From assembly GCA_964419555.1 (NCBI GenBank), contig CAYQPS010000001.1, positions 1 to 33,807 on the forward strand: DNA of 33,807 nucleotides, in the 5' to 3' direction. The notes under the pieces were generated by a model, which had not been told where the DNA came from, did no database searches, and was given only the letters and a program-made list of their open reading frames with translations. Positions within the stretch are counted from its first letter, which is position 1. Every line of letters starts with the position of its first letter. Source of the stretch: an uncultured Candidatus Saccharibacteria bacterium. Its GTDB lineage: Bacteria; Patescibacteriota; Minisyncoccia; Phycocordibacterales; UBA9973. A program made the position numbers and the translations under genes. Positions 32,882 to 33,807 of this stretch are shown here, one piece after another.

Positions 32882-33807
32882 ATGAAAAAGTACATACTCG
32901 GCTTGTTGTCTTTTGGTATTTTGCTCCTAGCTCCTGTTTTTGTTTCTGCGCAGACACCGAAATTTTCCATAAGCACTGGGGTTATTACTACCGCTGTTCT
33001 AAACGTCAGAGCGACTGCTCCTGTAAACAATGTACTTGGTTCTATCATAGGACAACAAAACGCTGGTTCACCTGGTTCTGTTGTAGGAGGGCCAGTAACC
33101 GGCGGTGGATATACATGGTGGCAAATTGATTATGCTAGTGGTGTGGACGGCTGGAGCGCGGAAAATTACTTAGTCGCTTCGCTACCTTCACCATCAGCAA
33201 CACCTGAACAAGCCGCCCAGATAGCCTCTTATGAGCGTGCGCTCACTCTTTGCTGGAATTTAGGTCGCCTTTCTCCATTTCATATTGGCGGTGCATGGTA
33301 TATTTGTCTAAACGGTGCTAACGGCAATCATTTAAATCCAGAAACTGGTGAAGTAATTGCTATAGGGGGGTCTTATGATAGTTATCGTCAGCGACTCTCG
33401 GACCCAGGCACTGCGCCTTCAAGTAAATTTAAAGTAGGGGATAGAGTTGTAGTTAATGCTATAAACGCAAGAACTCGTTCCGGACCTTTTGGTATTCCAA
33501 TTAGAGTTTTGACTTTAGGTGAAACAGGAACAGTAACAACTTCGGGATATATTAACTCGCCATATCATGCCACCACAGTGAATACCGGTGGATACAGTTG
33601 GTGGAGAATTACTTGGGATGACGGCGACACTGCTTGGACTGAAGAAAATTATATAGAATTGGTAGGAACTTCCCCACTTCCACCTCCTCCTACTCTTCCA
33701 CCTCCACCCACAACTCCACCACCCACAACCCCTCCTCCACCACCTCCGCCGACAACTCCTCCGCCACCACCTCCTCCTACCACTCCACCTCCCGCAACTC
33801 CTCCTCC
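32882..33807 (+). CDS. Secreted protein with two SH3b-like domains and a Pro/Thr-rich tail (partial; runs off the window; not in the ORF track)
   Basis: My own translation has no stop: MKKYILGLLSFGILLLAPVFVSAQ (signal peptide), GGYTWWQIDYASGVDGWSAENYL and GGYSWWRITWDDGDTAWTEENYI (SH3b-like W...GW motifs), then PPPPTLPPPPTTPPPTTPPPPPPPTT... Confidence 0.7.
   Translation, partial: MKKYILGLLSFGILLLAPVFVSAQTPKFSISTGVITTAVLNVRATAPVNNVLGSIIGQQNAGSPGSVVGGPVTGGGYTWWQIDYASGVDGWSAENYLVASLPSPSATPEQAAQIASYERALTLCWNLGRLSPFHIGGAWYICLNGANGNHLNPETGEVIAIGGSYDSYRQRLSDPGTAPSSKFKVGDRVVVNAINARTRSGPFGIPIRVLTLGETGTVTTSGYINSPYHATTVNTGGYSWWRITWDDGDTAWTEENYIELVGTSPLPPPPTLPPPPTTPPPTTPPPPPPPTTPPPPPPPTTPPPATPP

Noticed and set aside
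1-33807. I looked for CRISPR arrays, rRNA genes, IS/transposase genes and reverse transcriptase (a retron or DGR partner for the nuclease or the ncRNA).
   Set aside because: I saw no regularly spaced direct repeats, no rRNA-like conserved blocks and no DDE/HUH or RT motifs in any frame of the ORF track. The only recombinase is the serine integrase at 63-1610.

Overview
A 33.8-kb window from an AT-rich, tightly packed bacterial genome. I found no rRNA genes, CRISPR arrays or IS transposases. The gene content suggests a Patescibacteria/CPR-like organism, but this is inference only: split transketolase, Glu-type RpiB, three GH130 'glycosidase' modules, cell-wall-binding surface proteins and very short intergenic spacers.

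Layout:
- **1-5.1 kb, accessory block.** An orphan 3' half of a tRNA (Asn-like) and its terminator are overlapped by the 3' end of a large serine recombinase gene. Upstream on the same strand lie a 141-aa Cys-rich membrane ORF and a 47-aa ribbon-helix-helix ORF that is missing from the ORF track. Next come about 400 nt of ORF-free, GC-rich, hairpin-rich DNA (candidate ncRNA or gene relic), a 60-aa ORF, and a very AT-rich single-polypeptide ABC-ATPase + Toprim nuclease (OLD/PARIS-like defence gene).
- **5.1-7.6 kb.** A class I glutamine amidotransferase, two membrane proteins, and a 634-nt intergenic region.
- **7.6-11.2 kb.** A secreted S8 protease with Ig-like and peptidoglycan-binding modules, followed by a 1.2-kb GC-rich islet of orphan genes.
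- **11.3-17.3 kb.** Membrane and phosphatase genes, a promoter-to-terminator sRNA/leader candidate, and a sugar-nucleotide/mannoside cluster (nucleotidyltransferase, cupin, GH130 x3).
- **17.3-25.9 kb, housekeeping.** hpf, fmt-def-hisS-lepB, pth, dnaE, gap.
- **26.0-29.7 kb.** A 1226-aa orphan ORF inserted between gap and rpiB, bracketed by a 24-nt direct repeat of the first 8 codons of rpiB.
- **29.7-33.8 kb.** rpiB, a divergent rpe, split tkt, and a partial secreted SH3b/Pro-Thr-rich protein.

A recurring signal is that at least 11 first-in-operon genes have a (TGn)TAnnnT -10 box ending 6 nt (one case 8 nt) before the start codon. This implies widespread leaderless mRNAs.

All coordinates were hand-counted from the printed sequence. 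No database searches or computations were run.
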